A DNA stretch of 64,000 bases from Phoronis australis (Eukaryota > Animalia > Phoronida). Shown in pieces: positions 13,690 through 27,113 of the stretch. The number at the start of each line of letters is the position of its first letter. Within the stretch, counting starts at the first letter, position 1. The notes below the pieces were generated by a model. That model had not been told where the DNA came from, did not search any database, and was given only the letters and a program-made list of their open reading frames with translations. The DNA lies in contig NMRA01000141.1 of the NCBI GenBank assembly GCA_002633005.1, positions 359,609 through 423,608 of the forward strand. Direction: 5' to 3'. The position numbers and the translations under genes were made by a program.

Positions 13690-14230
13690 GGTGTTAATTT
13701 CATAAAAATATTTCAGAAGTATGCAAATAACAGTGCATTTTTTCTCAGCTAATAAAAGGTTAGTGCCAACAACATTTGAAAGCCATGTTTGTATTTCGTT
13801 CCAAAAAATAGAGCACCATACATGCTCACATTCCCAAAACATGTGACTAAAAGTTTCTACAAGTCTACAAAGTGAGCACTTGTTTTTAAAAAAATATTCA
13901 TTTTAAACTTTTCAATGAATGCAATAATACTTGGAGACTTTTAGCTGAGGTTGGAACCAAAGTTTGAAAGGTAAATAACAAATCTGTTTAATTTGCTATT
14001 AACATTGAAGCAATACAGATTGCCTTTGTCATCATATCTCTAACTAAAAAGTCTAAATGTCAAAAACTTTCCCATGCATCTTATAAAGGCATGTTTTACA
14101 TTGATAATTCAATTGACCAAATATGTTATTACTGCGAAAACTCATTTGGGAGTCTGGTTTTTTAGAAGATAATTTCAACGTAGGCAAACAAGACGACTGA
14201 ATTATTGACAACACCTATAAATACTGCCGG
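13690..14230 (-). pseudogene. 3' fragment of L1/Tx1-clade LINE ORF2 (CCHC zinc knuckle)
   Basis: KCSLCRLVETFSHMFWECEHV..IFWNEIQTWL matches the C-x2-C...ET..H.F..C..V...W pattern. Boundaries approximate. Confidence 0.7.
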
Positions 14231-16859
14231 TCTTATTTTGCTACATGCAAGTTCAATCACCGGACTATGTACCATGAAAAATTTAGCAGCTCAAGGCAAA
14301 TTAACATCTGACAACACTTCACACTAAGAAAATATTCCCACAGTTCTCTGGATGAGTTGGGTTTTGAACATCACTCTGTTACTTTGTGAGCATGTGCCTG
14401 TGTGTGTGTGTGGGTGTGCCTGCTCCCATACAGGCCCATTGGAACATCTATACCATCAACAGGGGAGTTACTACCACTATGTCCGAACGACAGACACAAT
14501 AGCTTTAAAATTACAAAAAGCTGCACTTTCTTTCTATTCTCTAAAACTTTTCTGCCCTTAGATTCATCATATTTGTCAAAAAAATGTTGAGATAACGTTA
14601 ATAGGACAGCTTTTTGCACAATATGCACAACTTGAGATACAGAAGAGTGTGATAGGCTGAAGGAACATTTCATCTATTACTAAGTTTGGCAAAGAGCAAG
14701 AAAATGTACAGGGATTTAGCTTTAACATGACTTCCATAACAGTTAGCCATATTCGAAATTTCCATAACATTGAAATCTTAAAATAACATAAAATCTACCA
14801 ATATTGCAACTTCTGTTATGTATATTATTTGCTTTCAGTTATAAACCTAATACATATTACCAATAAATCTTGAAAAAGAGCAAAAAAACCCTTAATTTAC
14901 AGACAATCAAATCAAATACCAGTCTTATGCCAAGTAAATACACTGTGACATTTAATGTTCGTTTATTACTTTCACGTAATCCACTCATATGCGACGTCAA
15001 CGGAAACCAAACAGGAAAAAACCAAGAGGGCAAAACACAATTACAATTATTGGATTGGTGATTAAGATTCCAAATGGATAAGCCCTAATCAATAAGATGC
15101 ATAGAACTGTTTTGTCTACAGTAGTCCACGGACATGTTCAATAACGTTAGTTACTGCTGAGTATCAGAAAGTGAGATTACGAGCTCTGTCTACACTACCT
15201 GATGACGTGTTGTCGAGACTCACGCGATTTCACCAGTCACGCACCACTGACCTAACTGAATGGACTACGGGGTTCAGTCATTCAATGCACAATGACGACC
15301 AGGGACTAGCACAGAAAAAAAAAGTAATTCCTACTTGAGAGAAAACATTACGCGTCACGCCTCACACATACATCAAAGTTAGATACAAAATCTCATCAGT
15401 TTAGACAGCCATTGAACAATGTTTCACATTCACATGTAGGCAAGGGATTCTAGTAATTAAAAAAATAGCCACAAGCCATGAAATTGGTTGAGCAGGTGTA
15501 AATAGATACCAGTGGTCATATTGGTCAGAGTGTATCGATTCTTTCACTTGAAGGAGTACTGATAAAACACAGAGGTCCGGAAACACTATGGTAAAACCTC
15601 ACCAAGTTAAGGCCAGAAAAGAAATTCAATTTTTCATTTTTTTGATAAATGATACGCAGTACCAAAATGATGCTTTGTCATACACAAGTTGTGTACCATA
15701 GTTACCAGCAGACGATATATTGACAAAATGGGAATTCACAACAATGTAAGAACCACGTAAAAAAGTGCGATTTTGGCAATTGTTTTGTCCGAAAATGGTG
15801 AGATTTTATGTTACTTGTAAAAAGTCCAGTAAGAGACAAGAGACTCAAACTGAGCCTCAGCAATCTGTCACCACCATCAACCATTTTTTACTTATAGTGT
15901 CACACAGGTTGCCTGAATTACATACATAGAAATACTGAGCCTGAATTTGAGAGCTGACAATTATCTCCCTCACTGCTATTTGCCAACTGTGAGCGTTTTC
16001 TGAGCTAATTTTCGTGTCGGGAATTGGTTAGGTGTTGCTTGTCACAATCCATCATACACAACTGTTGTTGTGTTCCCATCTAGGAAAAGCCGAGTTGCAA
16101 AGATGCCAAAGAAAATCGTTGGTAAAACATGCATATGCGCATGCAAACAATATGCCTCGCATAGATGGCGTCACGGTAAGATGGATCACAACGACACCAA
16201 AACTTGTGCGTGAAACAAGAAGTAGCTGATTGCAGGCAATGGTTCAATTATTCCACCATGTCAGGTGCCAATCAAAAAAATATGACTTGAAGAAGTTCAT
16301 GCAGTCATTTTTAGATAGCTTTAGGGTATTTCCCAGCACCCCTATGTTAGGCCATTGTCCGAATGGTCATGGTACAAATTTTGGATATGTAACTGTTGGC
16401 AGACGTGTGCCCACAACTTTACAAGGCCTAGTGCTCATCTGCCTCTTGAACCCCAGACCACGCAACTACACTGGAGACAGCTCAAAAACTGACCAATCAC
16501 ATAGGTCGAGTGAGAACTGTTGTTGATGAACTCTTTGGTAAAATCTCAGTAATTCAAGATACCATTTAGGAGACAAGTGAAATTTCATTTTATTTTTGTC
16601 TAAATGATGAGTAGCATTAAAACAATGCTTTACTACCACTTTCAAGTTCTGTACCACTGTCAGCAACAGACCATGTTTTGGAAAATTGAGAGCATTCAAA
16701 ACAAAGTTAGAAGCCTTAGTGAAAATGAATAAACACCATTACGCCAATTATAATTGTCGGACATTGCCATATACCTTACAATAATCATGTAATCATGACT
16801 GATAAAACCAAAACACAAGGCAGGATTGTCCATTTGATATCACTCCAAAAAGACTTGTG

Positions 16860-17368
16860 GGGCCCTTTCATACTAACGTTGAGGCGCTGATGTTTTGGGG
16901 AATTGAGGTCAGTAGGAACAGTAAACTTCAGTCCTGGATCGAAGGTTAACAGTGTCAGTTAACTTTGCAGTAAACAGGTGGATTTAACAGCGGAGCGTCG
17001 ATGCTGCCGTACAGTATGAACGGACAACTTCGGCTCCATCAAAGTTATTGCCAGGGGCCACTGTTATCATCAACAAATAAAAGGCAATGTTGTCGCTAAT
17101 AGTTGCTTATATTTTACTTGAATAATCAAAAATCAAATTAGAAATAAGTTTTTGTCAATTAGCACATGTAAATATTCCAAAATTGTCACATTAAAAAAAT
17201 CTTCAAGCATACACACAATGCACTACTTTATGATTACTTCGATGACAACAGCGTCACGTGTCGTTTACTTCGATGTAGACGTTGACTACCGAAGCCGGTA
17301 TGAACGGTTCATTTAACTTTACAATTTACGTCTATGCTCCGCTCCGTCAAGTCGGAATGAAAGGGCCT
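16860..17368 (+). mobile_element. PIF/Harbinger-like MITE family A, copy 1
   Basis: TIR GGGCCCTTTCATAC / GAATGAAAGGGCC. Internal homology to copies at 53283, 54141, 44380 and the fragment at 19340. Confidence 0.75.
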
Positions 17369-17382
17369 TCAGATATGCTTAC

Positions 17383-17442
17383 CTTCTCATCGTGCTCCAG
17401 AGGAATCTCATGAAGCGTAACCAAATTTGAAAATCCTGCCAT
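17383..17442 (-). CDS. Candidate alternative first coding exon MAGFSNLVTLHEIPLEHDEK (phase 0)
   Basis: ATG in good Kozak context (GAAATGG), 20 open codons ending AAG|GTAAGC. Confidence 0.55.
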
Positions 17443-17737
17443 TTCCCAAGTAACTAACAATTAAAAGACATATGAATGTTCAACTGTGAAAACCAGCATC
17501 TGCCAGATAACACCGTAAAAACTACGATTTGTAGAATCCGGGTAAAATTGATTCATTAATTCTTTATGACCACCAATCAACAATAGCTGATTAAAACTGA
17601 CATAACTTTGTCAATGTGATTTTCTTCCTCTTAGGATAAGTAGACAGCAATCGGTAATTGACGGACACTACAGCAAATCCTGACACAGCAATTGTTGTTT
17701 AGAATTCAAGCTTTCAAGCTTTCAGAAAAATGATTTA

Positions 17738-18800
17738 CCGTATTCATCCTAATAAGCGCCCATGCCCCTATAAGCGCCCCCACATGTTTTCAGACTTCGG
17801 TAAACTAAGCGCCCAGCCCATGAACATGTATATATATGCAAAAAATGCCTTACCTACAGTTCTAAAATTCTACAGTAACGTCTCCAATTTACCAATAATA
17901 TCCGACAATCCTGAAAAATCAATGTGTCAGTATTTAGCCGTGATTATACACTTGAAACTTCCGCAGTGCTTCAAAAAGAATGCAAAATTTTTGCTGATCT
18001 TGCAAGGAACGTGTCCCACTATGGTCAGGCCTTTCAGAACAGACGCAGCGTACTTGTCATTGGGATTGTATTGTATCTTTCCCGTACAGATCTTTTCCCT
18101 AAACAGGAATCTAGATTACTTTGTACACGTAAAAACCACGAATCCAAGACTAATAAAAAATTGACCAGTGTTAACAGCATATGGCCAGGAAGCATGTGCT
18201 AACATACATGTAGGCCTGCTACTCTGGCAAATGAACTCTGATGACAAGCATGGGCTTGCTCACTCGGCTCACACAGGCGGACGAACTTCAAAACAAACGT
18301 CACGTGACAACAACATGTGTGTTCGTCCAGATTCTTCTCGTGTTGCGACGTGCGATCTAGTGCAGATTTGGACTTAATCTGCGGTTAATCCCGACTCCAC
18401 AGGAACTTAAAAATCTCAAGGATGCTATTTGAACAACTTAAGGAAGATTTCAGATAATTTGTTGAGTTGAAACTGTATTTTTATTCAAGAATTCAAGTTG
18501 CCCTATCGACGATCGTGAGGCAGCTACGCATCAGTTGGCGAGTTTTTGCCCTGGGATTTCTGCACAATTTTCTAAAAAAGGATCGTAATTTAACAACGAA
18601 GTTTGATAGCAATGCACCACAATTTTGTGGAAAGTCTGTCATAGGTTACATATACGTCGCAGAGCGTAAATTCGATGAATCCTAGCTTCCAATTTCACCC
18701 GTTTCAGAGAATGGGTATCAACTGGCCTAGGCTACAATAAGCGCCACCCTCCCGAAACAAATTTTCTAAGCGCCCTGGTTATTTATTAGGGCAAATACCG
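17738..18800. mobile_element. Tc1/mariner (Tc2/pogo-type) MITE, ~1.06 kb
   Basis: TA|CCGTATTCATCCTAATAA ... TTATTAGGGCAAATACCG|TA, with subterminal TAAGCGCC repeats at both ends. Confidence 0.75.
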
Positions 18801-19339
18801 TAGTCAGAAAGAATTTCAGACGTAGAAATCTGTGCACTTCATTTTCCACACGCTGACAAAAGGACACTAGTGAGACCCACTGAAAATATTACGATTCCTG
18901 TTCCACCAGTGGAAATCTCGGCCAAAATGTTTCTTACTAACACGGAAAAAGCCAGACAAGATATCAATTTAACAACCAACAACGGAATTTCTATGTTTTA
19001 TGCATCTGCGAAAAATACTAAATACTATTTTTTACACATGTGAATCAACCTATGGCATGAAGTCTCAAAGATCTCCTGTTTCCCAAATAGCACAAACATA
19101 GCTTGGTGTAAAAAGACACGCCATTTCCAATATAAAATATCACAGTTGAGAAAAAACAGATTCCTTCGTTGACTTGATTGAAAAGTAACTTGAGTGGTCA
19201 AATTACCCTGAGGAAAATAAGAAAGTCAGTAAAGCGGAAAATAGAGGGAAATTGAACTTTTCCAACTGACCGCAACAGTTAACAACAGTTAACCTAGTGT
19301 CTTATATTGGATAGTTTTTGCTTGGGTGAAAGAAGTGCA

Positions 19340-19435
19340 AAGGGTCTTACACTCCAACCTTGATGTGTTAATGTTTTTGGGGAATGTCAGTCGGTATGAA
19401 CGGCCAACTTCAGTCCTGAATCAAACTTAGCAGCA
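19340..19435 (+). mobile_element. MITE family A, 5' fragment
   Basis: atgtttttggggaatgtcagtcggtatgaacggccaacttcagtcctgaatc aligns with 16890-16940. Confidence 0.5.
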
Positions 19436-19454
19436 CAATAGAAAGTAGATTTAC

Positions 19455-19496
19455 CTTTTCAATGCTGGTGTTACTCGATTTTTTGAATATCATCAT
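19455..19496 (-). CDS. Candidate alternative first coding exon MMIFKKSSNTSIEK (phase 0)
   Basis: ATGATG start, 14 open codons ending AAG|GTAAAT; same phase as the other candidates. Confidence 0.4.
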
Positions 19497-22100
19497 TACG
19501 AACACTTCATTTCAATGACGTATTATCCAACCATGTCACACAATACTGAAATTTTAAGCCATTCTGTAGAGGATATGAGGCTCTATATGAGTGCTATAAC
19601 ATGTTCACGTTCTGAAGCACAGCTTCTACCGGACAATATTTCTAAAAGTTGAGGATTTTCACAACAGCGTTCGAAGACTGAAATCCGTGAGATTTTAGCT
19701 GACTTTTTGTGTAAAACCAATCAAAAAATTGTCTGATTGTAGCTATGGCACAGAACTGGAACATGGTAAACCATCAATTATTTGCTACGTATGTTTTAAG
19801 GAAAAACGAGAAAATAAAATTTCATATAACTGCTGTATTTAGTCCTAAATTGGTGAGAGTTTACCAAACTATCAGCATGTTAGTGTTTCACCACTAACAA
19901 AAGGAAGCGTTTTATTCACATTTGTATGCAAACCAACATGCCATTTTTATCTGTGGACTGATTGGCAAAACCAGTGCTCAGACAGAATGCATCATTCCGA
20001 ATTAAGATAACAAAACCTTTGACTGAAGCTCAAGATCTTGGTCACCCATCAAGTATGAAATTGGCTAATATCCGGTCATCACTTGCCAGTCTTGACCAAA
20101 CAAGATTAACTCATACTTGAATTAATGTTACTGGGCAAAAAGATCGGTGAAGGAAGCCTACGAAGTCCTCGGAATAACCGCCATGATTATCCGAATAATT
20201 CCTCTTTTAGCTTGGGGATTACTGGGGACTTGAGGCAAAGAAGTTAATTCTATACACTGCAGACTTGAGTTGAATTACCCAAGCTATTGATTCTAAACTG
20301 CAGAATGCAACCTGATGCACATTTCCTTTAACTTTGTGAAAAGTTACAAGATGCTTTTAAGTATTACAATATTTTCAAAAAGCACAACTTGTAACAAAAA
20401 CATAGGCAACCTGTTTGTTTGGGCAAAATGTTATCTGAAGTTATGACCCATGTTTGTCAGTAGTATATCAAAATCAGATAATTTGGTCAACAAGATGTGA
20501 CAATGACAAGTACCAATGAGTGCACTGGTCGAGTAAATAGGAAAAAAAACTTGATTATCTGTCCGACAAGCTTGTAACCAATGAGACTGCTGGAAGTGTG
20601 TCTGGTAAATAGAAAATCTCGTTATTTGGCCGCTTAGGATGTACCGCATTGTGTTAGCCAATGAAATCGTTGAAAAATTTGTCAGATGACTAAAAAATAT
20701 CCAATTATTTCACTGAAACGCCGTGACGTCATAATAATCCACCATTGAGATCGCCGAATGCTTTGTCAGATATACAGCAAATATCCGCTTATTTAATTGA
20801 CCTGCTGGTTGAATAACAAAAACTGGCTTTTTGGCCGACTTGTGGGTAAACAGCATCGGCAAGGCAATTAATATGATTGCACACTGAAGTGTCTGAAGTT
20901 GTGAACTCTTGGAGGGAATGTGTAAATGTGATAACAATATTACAGCAAATTTTAAGAATTGCAAATTATTACGAAGTACCACATTTCCAACTTTAAGATT
21001 GTCAGCATTTTCAATCTCCTTATTTTCTGTTTATTAACTATTTTCTACGTTCATTTTACACATCGCAAAATAGATAAAAAAATAAACTTTAGACACACAA
21101 TGTGTACATGGGTCATTTTCCAATTCACAACTCTATAGAGTTGCCCAACCCACACAAACTCTGAAGCACAAATTTCTGTAGCCATGGTAAAGGGCATGGA
21201 ATCCTCTCACGGCAAGTAACATTATGACACTGATTTTATGATAGTTAAAGGTCAAATTCATTTTTTGTTTTTAACCAACTAAACAGGATGGAATTCACTC
21301 TCAACCCTTTGGCGAGGTTTAAATGTCACAACTAAACACAGCAAATTGAACAAATAAGAGCTAATTGGCTTCAAGCAAATACCTATCAATCATCTCAATT
21401 GCATAACCAACACAATAGCGGTAACTGAAGGCAAGCATGTACTGCAGTGTGAGTTTCTTTCCATCTTACAAACAATATCTACTCTCCACCTCTCAGGAAT
21501 GTTAATTTTACACTAGGCACCAAGTTAACCTGATCAGTTAATTAGGGTTTCTCTCAATAGCTGCTGAATCTCAGGTGTCTTGGCTTATTAAGCAAAATCC
21601 ACCTAATGGAAAATTTTCAGAGAACTTCCAAGGAAATGCAGTGATTTCCTCGACGGCACAGCTGTCGTTTTTTAAATGCATTGTGGTACTGTTGTTGACT
21701 CGTAAGCATCTGGTAACAGCACTAGGTGGCGTGCAGATCATACATCTCCAAATTTTCCGTGATATCACCAGACGTTTACGAGCTAACTTACCTTCCTACA
21801 ATGCATTTGAAAAGCAACAGCAGTGCTGTGTATGAAATCCCTAAAATTGCTCCCATTACTGAATGCTCCATTATCCTGAATATTACAGGAAAAGAAATTA
21901 CGCAACATCATAATACAAGAACATAGCAAAAAAGGTAGTGACTGTTGGACCAGGACTTGGAAGGCAAATTGGCCAGCACCCTCAATCAATTTCACGCTTC
22001 TAGAAAAGGCTTGCTATCTGAAGTGGTAACACACTCATTAGGCAAATCTTACGCTAACAAGATTTCTACGCAAGTGGATGAGAAAGCGTGCACCGTTTAC

Positions 22101-22174
22101 CTCAGAGTATCCTGTGAATTCCTCAGCACATCAAAGGCTTGATGGCGCCGCCACAGATTCAAGTGAGCTAGTCG
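22101..22174 (-). CDS. Candidate exon RLAHLNLWRRHQAFDVLRNSQDTL, phase-2 donor
   Basis: Donor GAG|GTAAAC and an open frame; the acceptor is weak. Confidence 0.2.
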
Positions 22175-22649
22175 CTATTCATGGGCTTGGCTTGATGAGG
22201 TAATTGCGATTGTAAAAAACCAACACCTCTGTTTAGCATACGAGTTTCTGAGTCAAAAAAGAAAGTACGAACAATAAGTAAGGCAAACGACCAACACGAG
22301 TGTTTTTAAAAATGAAAAGTTAATAGTAGCCATCTTTGAATTTTTAAAATCAATGCATTATAGGAGAAATTAGCAAATATTTTTCCTTCAGTATAGGGAC
22401 AAAGGTAGAAGATTAATTTGTGAATCAATTAGGATGGGTTAGTCACAGTCTGGCTCAGACTTGTTTAGGCGTAGAGGTAATAAAACCCCAAATGTTAGTG
22501 TAAGATTTGTCTCGTGCATTTGCAAGCCAGTTTCAGCTAAACGAGTCCGCAATCAGGAAACAAATAACAAAACGTAACCTATTCTGAAATCATATAACCT
22601 CAACTGACAACCCCATCTGTTGGCATTAGCGGTTCTATATGAGCATTAA

Positions 22650-24089
22650 GTCCCGCCTGCATACAGCCTACCCTAGAACAACTTGCACTAGTGCAACTTA
22701 CCCCATTTTTGAGTGGAGCGTCCACACACAGATTTCCAATAACTAGGGTAAGGCGGAAGTTGTCGCTCTGTGCGTGACAATGGCACTGGATTACAGTCTT
22801 TGTTAAGTGTGTGACCCGCCACCTCTGCGACCACTTTCTGGTTCATTATAACCATACACGACAACCATTTCCATAGCAACTTACCTATTAGAGGCTCTTA
22901 CATCTATACTGACTGTGAGTGTTGTTATAGGCCTATTCCTATTCCTTCGTAACTCCTCAGTCTTGGCAATGTCGACTGGCTCGTGACTGTTATTATCTCG
23001 ATAAAGATTGCCAGTAAAAGTCAAAGCGAAGGATTGAAAACTTAATAAAGAACATCGGAGAAAATGTCCTTTAATTACCGAAAATACGTAGCATTTTGGC
23101 GCTATGCCGTGACACTACAGAAACGGAAAGCAGGTAATGAGTAAATACGCAGTGCCCGTATTAGTGGTTGACATGTACGTAGTATGTAACTCAGATATAA
23201 AATAACAGATTCATAGGCAACATTCCGCAGTTGGTAAGTGTGCTTTGTTTAGTCTGTCTTCGGAAGTCATAATCACGGTCACCACTTAAGTACTGACCGG
23301 GTTAGGCTGCTGTTGTTTCATTAAAATCACTACCTTTGATAATGTTAATTTGAATGGTTACAGTGGGACTCCGAATTTCGACTTGTTACATGTGTCTGTC
23401 ACGACTGGACCATCAGCGATCACTGAACACGAAATTCTCGGCTAAACTGTTACAGTTACAGCTCAGTAGGTTTCTTGGTCCCCTAAATATTTTAGTAAAA
23501 CGTTTGTTTTGCTTTCAGAGGGAGGAATTGTTATTCATTAAGGATGTTTACTATTATTTTTAACTGCATTCTTGCAGCTTTTGTCGACGCTGATGTCAAC
23601 TCTATGAGGCTCGTAGGATTTGCGTTGACTTCTGAAATATCCATGGGCAGTTTACATGTCAGGTGTCCTCGACGTAAATCTTCACCCCGTTCCTGTTGGA
23701 ACCTTTTCTGTAGGCTGTTGCCTTTTGTCTTTGTCATGGCGAGATTCATAGGGAAGATAATGCTCGTCAAAGTCTGCATGAATATCAGTTAGCACACCGG
23801 TCTTGCATGACGAAGCCATTGTCTGATGTCGGACTTCCGCATCACGTGACATCATAGGCGGAGCGATCTTCTGCTGGCGTAAGGTCAATTACAAGTGGCA
23901 CAAGTTAATCAAGAAAAAGTTACCCTACTCCGATAAGGTGGAATAAGTTTCACAAGTGGGGGAAATTACACTATCTTAAATAGTGTACAGACAACACTCA
24001 TTTAAATAGCGTCCAGACAGCGCTCACACCTAACGACAACTCATCCCAGGAGTAACTTCTTCCAGGGTAAATCTGTGTGTGGACGGAAC
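22650..24089. mobile_element. Harbinger-like non-autonomous element family B (~1.44 kb)
   Basis: Perfect inverted 17-mer CGTCCACACACAGATTT (~22719) / AAATCTGTGTGTGGACG (~24069). Degenerate left TIR after TAA at 22647. Both ends are homologous to the short copy at 43555-43944. Confidence 0.55.
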
Positions 24090-24768
24090 TATAGATGGCA
24101 TTAAGTGGGGGGTTACGAACTAGCGTTCTAAAATACATATTGAACAAAGAAAAACGACATGTCAGTCTTCAAATAATTCATAACCACAACATAAATTCAT
24201 AGACAAAACAGATGTTACTGGTGCCAGAAGTTATGGTTTTGAGTAATTAAGAGAAACCAAAAATAATGACATATTTATATTCTACCATCCTGGAGATTAC
24301 AGCTGTCTCACGTGAATTCGAAATTAATGGCATTTCATGAAAAGTGTGGATTGTCGTGCTAACAAAACAAATCAAGGTATCTAAATTGATACATAATGCG
24401 ACAAGCGACGTTGCTATCAAAGTCAATAAATGCGTAGATGGCTTTTGTCTATCTGGCCTCCAACCCAGGGGGGATACATCAATAAACTAGCAAAGACAAA
24501 TAAAAGAAATGAGTAAATGTACATCAGATATGTCAAGAAATATGAATCATAGCCTTTGAGATCTTGGCTAGATTTCTGTGATCAGAATTAGGTTAATGGT
24601 TCTTCATTAACATAAACTCTCGTCAATTTAGGTCACAACATGGCAGACTGGAAATTTCTTTTCCGACATTTTTTATTAAACTTAATTTACGGTTCTGTAG
24701 AACCATAGAAAAAATGGCCAAATTTGGCTCGTAACTTTGGATTATCATATTGCAACAACGGCTGATTG

Positions 24769-24934
24769 TAGTGGCGGATTTAGAGGGGGGGCCAAGGGGG
24801 CCATGGCCCCCCCTAAAATTCTCATTCTCCCAGATTCCATTAGGCAGTTCGGGGATGCGAATGTCTGACGGGCAAAATCCTGGCTGATACTCTGCCCTGG
24901 CCTCCCCTAACTCAAAATCCTGGATCCGCCCCTG
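24769..24934. mobile_element. Short hAT-like MITE (166 bp) with a 5-bp TSD
   Basis: GATTG|TAGTGGCGGAT ... ATCCGCCCCTG|GATTG, with an internal GGGGGCCATGGCCCCC palindrome. Confidence 0.75.
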
Positions 24935-24944
24935 GATTGGATTC

Positions 24945-25200
24945 AGACGAAACTTTCATATACAATGCTTCATACACTATTTTTCAATATCCTTGCTAAG
25001 AGTCGTTTTTAATATGCTCCAGTTTTGAGGGGCTATCAAAAAATAGTATTTTCATGACATTCATGAAAAAATTCAAAAGTTGCATCAAACGAAAACAAAA
25101 TATTTTTGAAAACTGTAACGTTTTTGAGTTTTCATCAGCCTTAAACATTTTTTTGTATGTCAAATGAAACCACGGTCACATTATTGTTGTATATTATTGT
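24945..25200 (+). repeat. Old dispersed repeat shared with 52430-52640 and (inverted) with 33540-33710 and 34010-34170
   Basis: Shared ggggctatcaaaaa..ttttcatga, aaagttgcat, tttgaaaactgtaac and cttgaacattt blocks. Confidence 0.5.
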
Positions 25201-27113
25201 TGTCGTTTTGCTTTTGTGTTTTGCTAAACTTTACTTAAGACATGAAAACGTTACCCAATCAATAAAAGATTGTGAAAAAGTGAAACATAAAATTCTACAG
25301 TCTTTCCTCTCTCAGAAAATATAAACTTTTACGGAGTTAAAATCGATACTACTGTAGATATTTCAGTTTGCTGAATACAAAAAATTGTTAACAAGGTGTC
25401 ACATCACCAATCGAAAATAGCACAGAATAAATGTCACAACTACAGTCAATGTTCATATCACAGCATTGTTAATTGCTTCTATTAATTAAAACTGCAGAGA
25501 GGTCACATTTGTCAATTAGTTTTCGACCGAAAGTGGTGAGAATTTACCAATATAGGTATGGCAATTGACAGGAAAAATAGCAAGACCATTTTGCTGAATT
25601 TTTTAATAAAAATCGATGAGCATGGTGACACGAGGTCATACATGGCGATACGAAAGAAAGACAGTAGGACCATTTTATTGAAAGCATTTGTAGATAAAAA
25701 CACAAAGCACCGTAGAGCATAAATGATAATATAGAGAGGCTGGCAATGACTTTAATTTGAAAATGTGGTTATTTCATACATCAATATCACTTTAATGGTC
25801 ATCACGAAATACAGTGAGATGGTTCAACTGATAACTGTAATAGAAAAAACAAATGTTTTCATTTTCCATGAACTTTCTATCCATGGAAACGCAGACATTT
25901 GTCATTGCCAGCCTTTCCAACACGTCTGCTTACTTATGCTATATCATTCCCATGCAAGTACACACACTAAAATCAAAAACAGTATTGAACATCAAAAATT
26001 TCAATGAGAAAAATAGGTCAACTTGCTAAGAAGTACCTAATATAACACAAATGCAAGTGATATCAGGCATACATAAATTCAAATTTAACGAGGTAAGTAT
26101 TAGACAGTATTCATGGCACAGGCAGAAGAAAAACATACTACTGATATCCAATAGATGTCACTAGCTTCACAGAGTTTTGAATATTCATAGATATTTAACA
26201 TAAAAACAGCAAACTATAAAGTCTGCAAAAACGTGTTAATATTGAAAATGGGCGACATGCCCACTTAAGTCCGCTAGACAGACGAGATGTCTGTGACGCC
26301 ATGTCTCATGCTTTCAGCAGTGCATGACTGAGATATTGAACGGAATTCATTAATCACGATGCATTAGAGCCTCACACAGCACTTTTTTACAGCATTTCCG
26401 TTACTGCAGACCTGACTGCTTGTATAGCCTGCAGGTTATGACTGTGAGTCAAAAATCTTAGAATATAAGCCGTTACATTACCAGCACAATTGTGCAGATA
26501 GACGGGCAAACAGACAAAATCTTAGTTGTTCCATGAACAAAATCCAGTTTAGTAATTGTTTCTGCAGTCACCTAACTCCACTGTGAAGTCAATCTATTTC
26601 AGTTGTACAACAGTGCTGCACAGGGCTATAAGGGATGTGGAGCTGTTACGTAACATATAATACTGTAACACACCTTTGTGTGGGGTGATGCATTGTAACA
26701 CAGCACTAAGTTGTGTAACACTCACAATATGCTGCAATACGCCCAGAGATGCACTGCAAACTGTTGCATGACAGACATTCAGCCTCCTTGCAATAAGTTG
26801 AGCACGTGTTAATTATCAGCACTGCTGATTGTTTATTCATGGTACACACTTATTCATGTTAAGCCGTGCAGGGCCCAACGGAAAACGCGCAACAGAACAC
26901 GTATCCTATGCCCCCCAAAAAGTCAAGATGCGAGAATCAGATGACAACTGAATGAAACACTTGGGAAGTGACAAAAACCAAGTGCACACCACACCATTTT
27001 CAGATAACTGACAATGAGGTACTTGCTAACAAGACTAGCATTTAAGTCTATTAGCTAAGCACTACACCTCATTGTCTGTGTTGGGCTTTAAACACATTCA
27101 GGTCACACCTTAC

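Noticed and set aside
17730-18202. 144-aa and 92-aa ORFs
   Set aside because: They lie inside a non-autonomous MITE and have no recognisable domain.
18238-18262. Hammerhead ribozyme candidates (CTGATGA + hairpin here; also ~15199 and ~59660-59685 minus)
   Set aside because: The conserved GAAA after stem II is missing and no stems I/III are apparent.
20724-20732. Perfect CRE palindromes TGACGTCA (also ~49099 and ~52014)
   Set aside because: A few 8-mers in 64 kb are weak evidence, and two lie inside transposon relics.
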